A DNA stretch of 64,000 bases from Candidatus Omnitrophota bacterium (GTDB taxonomy: Bacteria; Omnitrophota; Gorgyraeia; B26-G9). The notes under the pieces are model-generated. The model worked only from the letters and a program-made list of their open reading frames with translations. It searched no databases and was not told the DNA's origin. The stretch is taken from contig JBDRPX010000008.1 in NCBI GenBank assembly GCA_043826565.1, forward strand, positions 17,744 to 81,743, written 5' to 3'. Positions within the stretch are counted from its first letter, which is position 1. Each line of letters starts with the position of its first letter. Below are positions 27,453 through 36,549 of the stretch, in pieces. The position numbers and the translations under genes were made by a program.

Positions 27453-28106
27453 ATGCCTTTTTCTGAAAAAATTAAATCAGAGGTAAAAGAAAAAGCAGCT
27501 TATCAATGTTGTGTCTGTCGCAAAATAGGTACTGTTGAAGTCCACCATATAATACCACAAGAGTTTGGGGGCCCCGACACAATTGAGAATGCTGCACCGC
27601 TATGTCCGAACTGTCATACTGATTTTGGAGATAATCCTAAAAAGCGCAAAGCAATAACGGAAATGCGAGACTGGTGGTATAAAAAATGCGAAACTATGTT
27701 TCCAAAACCAGATTTAGAGATATTAAAGAATATAAATTCAAAATTAGAAAACATACAAGAACACCAAGAAAACGTAGTTGAATTAAAAGAAATATTGAAG
27801 AATTTTTCAAATAAAACAATTGATATGATCTCTGTTGACACAGCAAATGCTTCTGCTTCTGCAATTGTTCGTTCCGTCAGTGCAATTAGAATAGACCCAG
27901 TGGTATATCCGACCCCATTAGAAAATTCGCTATACTGTGTTAATGAATATAAGATACATTATTGTATATACTGTGGTTTTGGTTATAAGGTTGTTAATAA
28001 CAATGCAGCATATACACTTGCTTTAAGTCCAGTAAGTGGTATTGAAATTGAATGCCCTAAATGCAAACAAAAAGAACTTCATAAATCATTTCATGACATT
28101 ACATAA
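27453..28106 (+). CDS. Cassette 10: HNH endonuclease with C-terminal Zn ribbon
   Basis: CCVC...EVHHIIP...GG.DT.EN...LCPNCH; C-terminal CIYC...CPKC. Confidence 0.85.
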   Translation: MPFSEKIKSEVKEKAAYQCCVCRKIGTVEVHHIIPQEFGGPDTIENAAPLCPNCHTDFGDNPKKRKAITEMRDWWYKKCETMFPKPDLEILKNINSKLENIQEHQENVVELKEILKNFSNKTIDMISVDTANASASAIVRSVSAIRIDPVVYPTPLENSLYCVNEYKIHYCIYCGFGYKVVNNNAAYTLALSPVSGIEIECPKCKQKELHKSFHDIT

Positions 28107-28176
28107 CAAATCTATTCACCTAACTGGTGGGTGCCCGGATTTGGGCTCAACCCAGTAGGTGATATTTATGTTATAG
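28101..28176 (+). repeat. attC10
   Basis: ACATAAC...CACCTAACTGG...CCAGTAGGTGA...GTTATAG. Confidence 0.9.
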
Positions 28177-28185
28177 AAATAAAAA

Positions 28186-28720
28186 ATGCCAAAATTAATA
28201 ACCAGAAAACAAATTCGAGTAAAAAATTATGATTATTCATTAAATGGGTATTATTTTGTAACCATTTGTTCGAAAAATAGAAAAATTATATTTGGCGAAT
28301 ATATTGAACATACCGTAGGGACAGCCCTTGCGGCTGTCCGAAACAATATTAAATTAACCAGATTAGGAAATATTATCGAAAAACAATGGATCGATATACC
28401 AAACCAATACAATAACATTACATTAGATGAATATATAATCATGCCTAACCATTTGCATGGCATTATAATTATTAATAAACGGACAGGGGCAAGCCCTGTC
28501 CCTACGATATCAAATTATTCGTTCTTTTAAATCAAAATCTACTCTGGAATACGTAAAATATATCAATGATAATAACCTGAATATTTCGGGTAAAATCTGG
28601 CAACGATTATTTTATGACCATATTATCCGAAACCAGAAATCTTTAGACGCAATTAGAAAATACATTGCAACCAATCCCGAAAACTGGGAAAATGATATTG
28701 ATAATTTAATTAATCTATAA
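28186..28720 (+). pseudogene. Cassette 11: frameshifted RAYT (REP-associated tyrosine transposase)
   Basis: YDYS..GYYFVTIC, IMPNHLHGI (HUH); frameshift near 28513; the other frame continues IIRSFKS...IWQR.FYDHIIR...YIATNPENW to TAA 28720. Confidence 0.85.
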
Positions 28721-28798
28721 CAATTCGCTCCAGGGCAATCGGAACCCGCCCCGAAAAAGACCGGGTCGGAACCCTCCCAGTGATTTCGGGCGTTATAT
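28715..28798 (+). repeat. attC11 (degenerate arms)
   Basis: CTATAAC...GTTATAT; left arm resembles attC8 but pairs poorly with the right arm. Confidence 0.7.
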
Positions 28799-28820
28799 AT
28801 AAATAAAAAAGGAGAGAAAA

Positions 28821-28970
28821 ATGGATGCGGGAATAATGGGGATGTTAGGTGTTATTGTGGCGATGGTTGGTGTGATTCTCGGAACAGCTATTAATATTGG
28901 TAGATCTATTCAAGAAATCAATAACCGATTAATCGCGATAGAAAAAACCATAAAGGAAAATAAAAAGTAA
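28821..28970 (+). CDS. Cassette 12 gene a: 49-aa TM + coiled-coil microprotein
   Basis: Manual translation MDAGIMGMLGVIVAMVGVILGTAINIGRSIQEINNRLIAIEKTIKENKK; AAGGAG RBS. Confidence 0.7.
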   Translation: MDAGIMGMLGVIVAMVGVILGTAINIGRSIQEINNRLIAIEKTIKENKK

Positions 28971-29016
28971 TTAAATAAAATTATCAAATAATATTTAACA
29001 AAAAAAGGAGGGTTTT

Positions 29017-29532
29017 ATGAAAAATTTAAGTTTCTTGAACAGAAGAAAATTGGTGGTAGTATTAATGTCGGTAGCGTTCATGGTAACTATCGCGGGGCTG
29101 GTTCCAGAGTCAACTTTTGCTAAAGAGAAAAAAATAGACAATAAAATAGAGACGCAGGTAGACTTCCATATACTTGTCGTAAAGGTGGTTAGAGGTATCA
29201 ATCAAAGAGTAATCGGTAAGGTATGGTTTAGTGGCGGTACCTATGAGAATGATGGACTGAAAATTGATGGTGAAGGAAAAGTATTTATTAATGAAGCTGA
29301 TTTTGGATTTCAATTACCCACAAACAAGGCCTTAATATCTGCCGATGTTATGTTATCATCAAATAATGAGATCGAGAGTGGAACTGTCTTAGGTAGCATG
29401 AGCGGTGTTACGATAACTGAACAAGGAGTTACCCCTGGCGGGGATAGGTGGCTGAATGGAGTAGGCAGTTTTAATGGAGAGTTTATAGCAGCTCCTCTCA
29501 CTGCGGGGATATCAGGAACAACTGATAGATAA
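29017..29532 (+). CDS. Cassette 12 gene b: secreted beta/Gly-rich protein
   Basis: AAGGAGG RBS, signal peptide ending STFA. Confidence 0.75.
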   Translation: MKNLSFLNRRKLVVVLMSVAFMVTIAGLVPESTFAKEKKIDNKIETQVDFHILVVKVVRGINQRVIGKVWFSGGTYENDGLKIDGEGKVFINEADFGFQLPTNKALISADVMLSSNNEIESGTVLGSMSGVTITEQGVTPGGDRWLNGVGSFNGEFIAAPLTAGISGTTDR

Positions 29533-29550
29533 CTTGTTGGTTATTTTTTT

Positions 29551-29586
29551 AAAACCCGCAGGATGTAGTTGTCCTGCGGGTTTTTT
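29551..29586 (+). terminator. Intrinsic terminator inside cassette 12
   Basis: AAAACCCGCAGGA-TGTAGTTG-TCCTGCGGGTTTTTT. Confidence 0.8.
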
Positions 29587-29619
29587 GCAAAAATAGAAAA
29601 TAAAAAGGAGGAAAAGTCT

Positions 29620-30012
29620 ATGAGTGAAATCAATAATGAATCAAAAGAAATTAGCACAGGTTCCCCTAAGCGTTTTTATATAATATTTTCTATAGCAATA
29701 CTGGTGGCTTTAATTACAACATATGGGGTGTTCGTGGCGGAAAGAGTACAAGTAAATCAGGAATTTAAACAGAAATCGGGCCGTTTACTGGAAGAACTAT
29801 CTAGCCAAATGGAAAACAACCCAGGCATGATGTACTACGATGACTCGGCCAATGATTTTAATACGCAAACTGAAGATCTTTTTAAAGAAAGAAGTGCTAA
29901 GTTGAGCAACATTAAGTTTAAAGGAAAAATATTTTTAGGCACCTTATTAATGGTATCTATCGTAGGGGTGTTGCTATCATTTGTTTGCAGAAACAATAGG
30001 GTCAGGCACTGA
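29620..30012 (+). CDS. Cassette 12 gene c: two-TM membrane protein
   Basis: AAGGAGG RBS then ATG 29620; TM-loop-TM. Confidence 0.75.
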   Translation: MSEINNESKEISTGSPKRFYIIFSIAILVALITTYGVFVAERVQVNQEFKQKSGRLLEELSSQMENNPGMMYYDDSANDFNTQTEDLFKERSAKLSNIKFKGKIFLGTLLMVSIVGVLLSFVCRNNRVRH

Positions 30013-30126
30013 AAGCTGAAAACAGCGAAAATAACAGAGTCAAACCCGGCCTGTCCCGCTACTTTGCCCCCTTCCCTTCTCCGGCAGAGTTGTGGTATCA
30101 TAGAATAAAGAAAACAAAATAAAAAT

Positions 30127-30203
30127 CTATAACCATTTTATCCACCTGACCCTACCCAGCCCCAAAATGGGCCGGGCTCGGGCAGGTGATGTCAGTGTTA
30201 TCA
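30127..30203 (+). repeat. attC12 (end of array)
   Basis: CTATAAC...ATCCACCTGACCC...GGGCAGGTGAT...GTTATCA. Confidence 0.85.
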
Positions 30204-30229
30204 AAGCAACCTCAGAACAAACACCCCTT

Positions 30230-31543
30230 CTATTTCTCCACCAGATTATTTAAAAAAGCGTTCGTCATTTTAAAACCTTCTTTTTTCAACCGATCAATGA
30301 CCATATTTGTTCTTTCGACGATATCCTGATTTCTGCGATAATCATATTTTTCCTGAGTATCGGTTCCGTCATAATAGACAAAAGGATTGATCTGTTCAAT
30401 TTTTGGGATAATATCCTTGTGTTTTATGAGAAAATCCAGGCTTTCCTGAGACTCCTCCTCCGACTCTTCCGGAAAACCAACCATCAGGCTTACCCCGAAA
30501 AACAAACCCGCGCTTTTAAGTTTTCTGAAAAACTCCGCGGCCTCTTCTGGGCTAAACCCTTTGTTCATCTTTTGCAGTATTCTGTTTGAACCGGATTCTA
30601 AGCCGATAAAAAGATTATAACAGCCGCTTTGTTTCATTTTAGTCATAAGGTTTTCCGGCATATCCGCACGTACTCCGATTTGCGCCTCCCAGGGGATACT
30701 GCCGAATTTTTCGATGACCGCATCACACAATTGTTCCAGTTTATTTAAATCCGCGTTCAGCATGGAATCATGAAAAACAAAAACCTTAACCCTGTTGTCT
30801 TTGTGGAACTCTATCTCGTGGATCAGGTTATCCACTGATCTTGATTTAAAACGCTTAGTTAATAACCTTTCTGAACAAAACCGGCAGCCGCGGATACAAC
30901 CACGCGAAAATAAAAGTGAAACAGTTCTCGTTCTCGGATACAAGTCAACATAACTATCCGGATATCCTAAAATAACATATTCATTTTCACTTAAATCATC
31001 CTGTTCCCGGAATAATACAATTTTTTCTACTGTTTCCCCCTGCACAAACTGCGAAAAAGGGATTTCTCCCTCCCCGGCAACAAGGCAATCGGCTAATTCT
31101 TTTAACCGCGGGGTAAACGCTCCGTTGGTTTTAAAATACACTCGGGATATTTCCGGGCCGCCTAAGATAATCTTCAGATCCTTATTTTTAATTTTCAATA
31201 ACTCGACAATACCCAGGGTAGTATCAATATTGCTTTGGTAGCAGGAAAACCCGATATAATCAAAAGCGGCAAGTTTATCTATGTATTGATTAAACAGTTT
31301 GGTAAATTTTCCCCGGAGCAATACCGGCATCATATTCTCGAGAAGTTTATTACAGCTCATTTTCCAGGAAGTCTGAAGTTCCTGATCAGCCTGATTAAAA
31401 AATATATTATTAAGGTCAAACACCGAAACATCCAGATGTTTATTACGCAGATATCCGGAGAGCATCACCAGGCTAAGCGGCGGAAGATTCGGCCAAAAAG
31501 GAGGGCTTAGAACAAGCGCGATTTTTTTTAGATTATTAACCAT
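30230..31543 (-). CDS. B12-binding domain radical SAM protein
   Basis: PPLSL, ILGGP, AGEGE, SRGCIRGCRFC, GLESGS. Confidence 0.9.
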   Translation of the reverse strand: MVNNLKKIALVLSPPFWPNLPPLSLVMLSGYLRNKHLDVSVFDLNNIFFNQADQELQTSWKMSCNKLLENMMPVLLRGKFTKLFNQYIDKLAAFDYIGFSCYQSNIDTTLGIVELLKIKNKDLKIILGGPEISRVYFKTNGAFTPRLKELADCLVAGEGEIPFSQFVQGETVEKIVLFREQDDLSENEYVILGYPDSYVDLYPRTRTVSLLFSRGCIRGCRFCSERLLTKRFKSRSVDNLIHEIEFHKDNRVKVFVFHDSMLNADLNKLEQLCDAVIEKFGSIPWEAQIGVRADMPENLMTKMKQSGCYNLFIGLESGSNRILQKMNKGFSPEEAAEFFRKLKSAGLFFGVSLMVGFPEESEEESQESLDFLIKHKDIIPKIEQINPFVYYDGTDTQEKYDYRRNQDIVERTNMVIDRLKKEGFKMTNAFLNNLVEK

Positions 31544-31606
31544 ATACTTAAAAATTTACCGGTTATGTTGAAAATTTTCACAGCTGTAATATATGTACAG
31601 TAGCTA

Positions 31607-31648
31607 TGTCTTTTTTATGATATTATAATACAAAAGGACATCAATCAA
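31607..31648. promoter_or_regulatory. Copy of the PintI region
   Basis: TGTCTTTTTTATGATATTATAATACAAA...GACA..AATCAA closely matches 19757-19800. Confidence 0.65.
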
Positions 31649-31686
31649 GGAGAAAATAGTTCTAAAATAAAAGTCAAGAGGCTGAA

Positions 31687-32739
31687 ATGAAGATAAAAAA
31701 AAGTTTTGTGTTTATTACTATTGTCTGGTTTTTAATTTTAGTAATCGGTGAAATAGGAATACGCTTGCATGAGCACATAAAAGAAACTAAAAAAGTTAGA
31801 ACCAGAGTCACATATAATCCAGCTTCCATGTTTATTGCACACCCCTTTACTGCTTATGCGGCTAATCCAAAACATTATGACCATAATGCCCAGGGGTTTA
31901 GAGCGGAAAAAAATATTTTATATGCGGCTGATCCTGATTCAATCAAGATAGTATGCCTCGGAGGTTCAAGTACCTACGGGACCAGAGTATTTAAAGAAGA
32001 TAGCTACCCTCGGCAGCTTGAAAAAGTATTATCGGGATATTCAGATAAAAAAGTAAATGTTATTAATGCCGGATTACCCGGGTATAGTACGGCAAATATT
32101 ATCTCTTTGTTGTCATTGAAGATAATAGATTTAAATCCGGATATCATCATATTCTATGTAGGTTTTAATGATGCCTGGAATCGCCTGGTGTTTTCAGGGT
32201 TTAAAAATGATTATACTCATGCACAGCAGTCATGGAAGCTTGCAAAGCCTTCTTTTTGGAGAAAAAGCAGGCTTTTGGAAGTAATTGCCGATCTATTAGG
32301 GTATCCGCCGATAAAAGACCCGCACATACATTCAGTTGCCTGGAAGAAAAAGACAGGAAATCCTGAAAACAATTTGCGCAATTCTTCGGCCGAGGCATTT
32401 AAACGAAATTTAAGAACGCTTATCGGCATTGCCAGAACTCACGGAGTAATCCCCATTCTGGTAACTCAGGCAACAGATTTTAAAGACTATCCTGTCCAAA
32501 CTTATAATAATGAATGGATACGGGCAATGCAAGAGCATACCGAGATTACTAAGCAGGTAGCAAATGAAATGTCCGTGGACTTGATAGATATAAATAGTCT
32601 TATGATAGATCAGAAAGAATACTTTGCAGATGTGTTGCATATGAATATCAAGGGGAATAGAAAGCGCGCTCAGATCATTGCGGAATATCTTGTAAAAAAT
32701 AAATTGATTAGATCAAGTTACCTGCCTGGCTTTTTTTAA
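31687..32739 (+). CDS. SGNH/GDSL hydrolase, membrane anchored
   Basis: CLGGSSTYG, NAGLPGY, GFND, DVLH. Confidence 0.9.
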   Translation: MKIKKSFVFITIVWFLILVIGEIGIRLHEHIKETKKVRTRVTYNPASMFIAHPFTAYAANPKHYDHNAQGFRAEKNILYAADPDSIKIVCLGGSSTYGTRVFKEDSYPRQLEKVLSGYSDKKVNVINAGLPGYSTANIISLLSLKIIDLNPDIIIFYVGFNDAWNRLVFSGFKNDYTHAQQSWKLAKPSFWRKSRLLEVIADLLGYPPIKDPHIHSVAWKKKTGNPENNLRNSSAEAFKRNLRTLIGIARTHGVIPILVTQATDFKDYPVQTYNNEWIRAMQEHTEITKQVANEMSVDLIDINSLMIDQKEYFADVLHMNIKGNRKRAQIIAEYLVKNKLIRSSYLPGFF

Positions 32740-33660
32740 TATCTCACAGGCAGCAGCCCAGGCAGTTTGCGGATCCTCGCAAGATTCCGATGTCCCGATC
32801 TGCCCCTGATAAGCCCATACATAAACCGCATCCGGCTGTTCGCGTAAAAGTATCTCCCCCTGCGCGATAATCCGCGGCTCTTTGCCTTTTTGCACACCCC
32901 AGGCCTGCAGCCACTGATGATGTTTTTTATTATTATTTTGACAAACCTGAGCCATTTCCCGCACTAAGGGAGTCATCCCTTCAACATCCTTATCCTCGTT
33001 GACCCAATATATATCCGTGCCCAGATTATCCAAAGCCTCTATCTGTGCGGTTTCGGCCCAGGCAGATTTATCGCTGGGCATTAAACAGCATTGTGTTTCC
33101 AGCTGTGCATGATTTTTTTTAATATAATCCGCGATGCCCCGCACATAATTAATAACCGCTTTCCTTCTGAATTCATTCACTTGAGAAGCATCCGCGCTGA
33201 TTAGGCTATTTTGAAATATTTTTTCAAAAAGATTTTGGCAGGAAGGACAATAACAGTTGATCAATGAAGGCTCATCAATAAAATAACCCTCAAATCCCCT
33301 TTCGGAAATAAGATCGATTAATCCTTTTATATACTCAATAGAACAAGGATTATTATAACACCCGGCAGGAATATGCGAACCGTCTTTAGCCCTCTGATAA
33401 GCTTGCGGATTATTTAATAAAAACTGGCTGGATTTACCTCCGCCGAACAAATTGAGCGCTCCCCAAAAAATAACCAGCGGCCGAATCCCGTATTCTTTCG
33501 CAAGTTCCGGGAAAAAATCAGGTTTGCCGGTCATATAAACAAAATCATTTTCCTGAGCCGCCAAAAAAATATCATCACATCCCAGCGACCTGATCTCTTC
33601 TAAATCCTGCCGCACATGTTTGGGATTATGATGGCCCATATAGGCTAAACCAGTACGCAT
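32713..33660 (-). CDS. Hypothetical TIM-barrel/glycoside-hydrolase-like protein
   Basis: GYFIDEP, CYCPSC, GTDIY, WLQAW; ATG 33660 preferred. Confidence 0.6.
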   Translation of the reverse strand: MRTGLAYMGHHNPKHVRQDLEEIRSLGCDDIFLAAQENDFVYMTGKPDFFPELAKEYGIRPLVIFWGALNLFGGGKSSQFLLNNPQAYQRAKDGSHIPAGCYNNPCSIEYIKGLIDLISERGFEGYFIDEPSLINCYCPSCQNLFEKIFQNSLISADASQVNEFRRKAVINYVRGIADYIKKNHAQLETQCCLMPSDKSAWAETAQIEALDNLGTDIYWVNEDKDVEGMTPLVREMAQVCQNNNKKHHQWLQAWGVQKGKEPRIIAQGEILLREQPDAVYVWAYQGQIGTSESCEDPQTAWAAACEILKKARQVT

Positions 33661-33690
33661 GCTCTTTTGCTCCACTATTAAGTGTCCCAG

Positions 33691-33750
33691 GTCGCAAGTC
33701 ACAAGTCGCAGGTATTTTTAACTTGCTACCTGAAACCTGTTACCTGCAAC
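33691..33750. repeat. Heptamer tandem inverted repeat (intergenic)
   Basis: GTCGCAA-GTCACAA-GTCGCAG ... ACTTGCT-ACCTGAA-ACCTGTT-ACCTGCA. Confidence 0.5.
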
Positions 33751-34513
33751 AGTTCAGAACTTTCATCATCTGCCTATGTATCTTTCCATTACTGGCCAGA
33801 GTCTGGGTTTTGTAATTACTGAATTTCTTCCCTATAAAATCAGTTACTTTCCCGCCGGCTTCACTAACCAGCAATGTCGCGGCCGCGGTATCCCAGGGGC
33901 AAAGGTCGGATTCCCAAAAGCCGTCAAACCGGCCGCAGGCAACATAACAAAGATCCAGGCTCGCGGCTCCGGCCCGGCGCACGGCCAAAGATACATTAAG
34001 AAATTTTTCAAAATTAGAAATATTATTATCTTTATGTTCCCGGAATCCGTAGGAAAAACCCGTGGCTAAAAATGCTTTGGACAAACTGCGCTCTTGTGAA
34101 ACAAAAATACGTTTTCCGTTTAAATAAGACCCTTTTCCTTTTCTGACGGTAAAAAGTTCTTCATGCATCGGATCATAAACTACCCCCAGAATAACCTCTG
34201 CTTCTCTTTCTAACGCAATTGAGACCGTAAAAAAAGGAAAACTGTGGGCAAAATTTGTTGTTCCGTCAATCGGGTCAATTATCCATCGGCCGGAACTTTT
34301 TTCTTCCGCGGGACGTTCTTCGGCAAGAATCCCGTATTCCGGAAAAGATTTTTTAAGGCTTCGGACAATAAGTTCTTCGGCTTTCTCATCAACATCGGTA
34401 ACGATATTAATATCGCCTTTATACCGGATACTTTTATGCTTTCCTTTCCGGCTTTTAATAAATTTTCCCGCGGCTATTGCCGCGTTCATAGCCGCTTTTA
34501 TCTCTTTATTCAC
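33740..34513 (-). CDS. suhB: Inositol monophosphatase family protein
   Basis: VTDVD, AEE, WIIDPIDGTTNF, WDTAAA.LLVSEAGG. Confidence 0.92.
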   Translation of the reverse strand: MNKEIKAAMNAAIAAGKFIKSRKGKHKSIRYKGDINIVTDVDEKAEELIVRSLKKSFPEYGILAEERPAEEKSSGRWIIDPIDGTTNFAHSFPFFTVSIALEREAEVILGVVYDPMHEELFTVRKGKGSYLNGKRIFVSQERSLSKAFLATGFSYGFREHKDNNISNFEKFLNVSLAVRRAGAASLDLCYVACGRFDGFWESDLCPWDTAAATLLVSEAGGKVTDFIGKKFSNYKTQTLASNGKIHRQMMKVLNCCR

Positions 34514-34526
34514 TTTGCTTCTCCCG

Positions 34527-35759
34527 CTATTTCTTTATATTCTGCCGCAAGTTATTAATATCTTCTAAAAGCATTTCCTCAATATCGGCATTGTAGCCCT
34601 GATAGCTTTCCGCTATATTCCCCTGGGCATCTATGACAAAAATCTGCGGGATAGCCACTACCTTAAAATCCCGGATAACTTCCGCCTGCTCATCCAGCAA
34701 CACCGGAAAAGTGAACCCTTGCTTCTCAACAAAATCGGCAATTACCTGCTTATCTCCGCTGGTAATCGTTAATAACTGAACATCGTTTTTACTTTTAATT
34801 TTCTTATACACGTTCTCAATTAACGGTAATTCCTGTTTGCACGGCGGGCACCAGTCTGCCCAAAAGTCGAGAATAATGATCTTTCCTTTTAAGTTTTCTG
34901 AATCGTAGCTGGTTCCCTTTAAATCGGTTAATACAAATCCCGGGCTCTTTCCCTGCAGAGGTACTGCGTCTCGGGGTTGAGACATTTCAGACCTATCCAT
35001 AACATTAACCCCTTCCGAAGGGATATACGAAAAAATCTTTTCATCAAGTTTGGGATTGATCTGCACATTTTGATAATTGATCAAAGTGATCATTTCTCCA
35101 TCCGGATTGAATATTTCCATCTTTGACGTATACTTCTTATCAATATCCCAGTAAAGAAGCATTTTTTCCGGGATCATTTTAAGCGCGGCCGGATTTTTAT
35201 CCGTATTCAGCTTCGCCGAGATCATTGCTTTTTGTGTTTCCTTTAACTGCATATGCAATACTGCTACCGGACGGGATTCTAAAACACTCTCCTTAGCCGC
35301 CGTAACATCATATTGCTCTAACATCGCATTAAACTGGTCAATCAGGCTGAATTGTTTGGTGAGCGGGGCATTATCCGGGGTTTCCTTACTCACATCAGAT
35401 TTCATCGCATTAATCACTTTGCCATCCGGAGCATTTTCTAACTGCCACAGCAGCTTTCCGTCATAAAGCATTGTTTGCTTCATTATCGGATCATCCTCAC
35501 TCATGCTCAGAGTTACCTCCATACGAAATTTATCCGGAATTTTATAATGCATCTGTACCCGGGCTTTTGCTTTCGGATCCTGCAAAAGATTATACTGTTC
35601 AAGCAAAGCAGAAAACGTGTTCACGCGCTCAAGCCCGGATTTGACACTCAGAATAGTTTCATCAGTATCCAAAATTTTTTCCTTAGGTGCAGTTTGCGCA
35701 AAAACTCCGCTGCTGATGCTAAAAAAACATATTAATCCGATCACTAAAATATTTTTCAT
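34527..35759 (-). CDS. Exported LolA-like domain + TlpA/redoxin fusion
   Basis: Signal peptide; PDKFRME, YDGK..W, KIFSYIP.EGV LolA-like features; DFWADWCPPC and cis-Pro IP. Confidence 0.8.
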   Translation of the reverse strand: MKNILVIGLICFFSISSGVFAQTAPKEKILDTDETILSVKSGLERVNTFSALLEQYNLLQDPKAKARVQMHYKIPDKFRMEVTLSMSEDDPIMKQTMLYDGKLLWQLENAPDGKVINAMKSDVSKETPDNAPLTKQFSLIDQFNAMLEQYDVTAAKESVLESRPVAVLHMQLKETQKAMISAKLNTDKNPAALKMIPEKMLLYWDIDKKYTSKMEIFNPDGEMITLINYQNVQINPKLDEKIFSYIPSEGVNVMDRSEMSQPRDAVPLQGKSPGFVLTDLKGTSYDSENLKGKIIILDFWADWCPPCKQELPLIENVYKKIKSKNDVQLLTITSGDKQVIADFVEKQGFTFPVLLDEQAEVIRDFKVVAIPQIFVIDAQGNIAESYQGYNADIEEMLLEDINNLRQNIKK

Positions 35760-35768
35760 GGTTCTCCT

Positions 35769-36539
35769 TTATACTGTTATCTGAACGCCGTCTTCGGCAG
35801 CAATACTTTTGGGAAAAATCTTTACTGCATATTCCTGCGCGCGCTTTCTCTGGTCTTTATTTTTATAATTATGCGCGTCAAAATGCGTCAGGATCATTCT
35901 CTTTACCTTCGCTTCTTTGGCTAGTTTCGCCGCGGCCACCGGATCAAGATGCGGCCATCCGCTGTCATCCTGACCTTTCCTCAACGCGCATTCGGTAATA
36001 AGCAGATCCGCGTCTTTTGCTAAAATTTTAAAATTATCACAAACACCGGTATCGGTACAATAACTGATCACCTTTTTGTCAAAGGTAAAGCGATAACCAA
36101 AGCATCCTCCGCGATGAATAAGCTTACGAGTCTGAACAACTGCTCCCGGTATTTTCAATTCTTCAGAGATAGTCTTTATCGAGGTCGGAAATGCTAGCAC
36201 CTTCGGCGGCATTGTATACGGTGAATCGAACAAAGTTTTAAGCGCGGAATTCATTTCCCGGGGCACAATCACAAATAACCCTTTAGGCATCTTGAATTTA
36301 GCCAGAGCATGCAAACCGATAACATGATCTAAATGAAGGTGGCTTAAAAAAATATATGTCGGGTTACGCGGGTCAAGATAACGGTCGGCCTTAGCCAAGC
36401 CAAATCCGGCATCAAGAAAAATATTGCATCGGCTGGCCTTTATAAGCGTGCAAATAGTATTGCCTGTATCTGTATCATACCATCCGTTTGTACCTAAAAA
36501 TATTACTTTCAATTTCCTGCCCTTTCTTAGTAATAACAA
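35769..36539 (-). CDS. MBL-fold hydrolase, RNase Z/BN-like
   Basis: FLGTNG, DAG, SHLHLDH, TDTG, ITEC, LTH. Confidence 0.85.
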   Translation of the reverse strand: MLLLRKGRKLKVIFLGTNGWYDTDTGNTICTLIKASRCNIFLDAGFGLAKADRYLDPRNPTYIFLSHLHLDHVIGLHALAKFKMPKGLFVIVPREMNSALKTLFDSPYTMPPKVLAFPTSIKTISEELKIPGAVVQTRKLIHRGGCFGYRFTFDKKVISYCTDTGVCDNFKILAKDADLLITECALRKGQDDSGWPHLDPVAAAKLAKEAKVKRMILTHFDAHNYKNKDQRKRAQEYAVKIFPKSIAAEDGVQITV

Positions 36540-36549
36540 CTAAGTATTA

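Larger units (their letters stand above)
18422..30203. mobile_element. Chromosomal integron: intI plus 12-cassette array
   Basis: intI divergent from co-oriented AT-rich ORFs, each cassette followed by a TAAC...GTTA imperfect palindrome; the inverse core at each cassette end complements (0-1 mismatch) the core at its start. Confidence 0.95.

Noticed and set aside
20545-30203. Recurring 68-84 bp repeats as a CRISPR array
   Set aside because: They are separated by whole genes, have TAAC/GTT cores and sit next to intI, so they are attC sites; no cas genes were seen.
31584-31600. LexA box CTGT-N8-ACAG
   Set aside because: The spacer is 9 nt, and no such box is present at the intI promoter.
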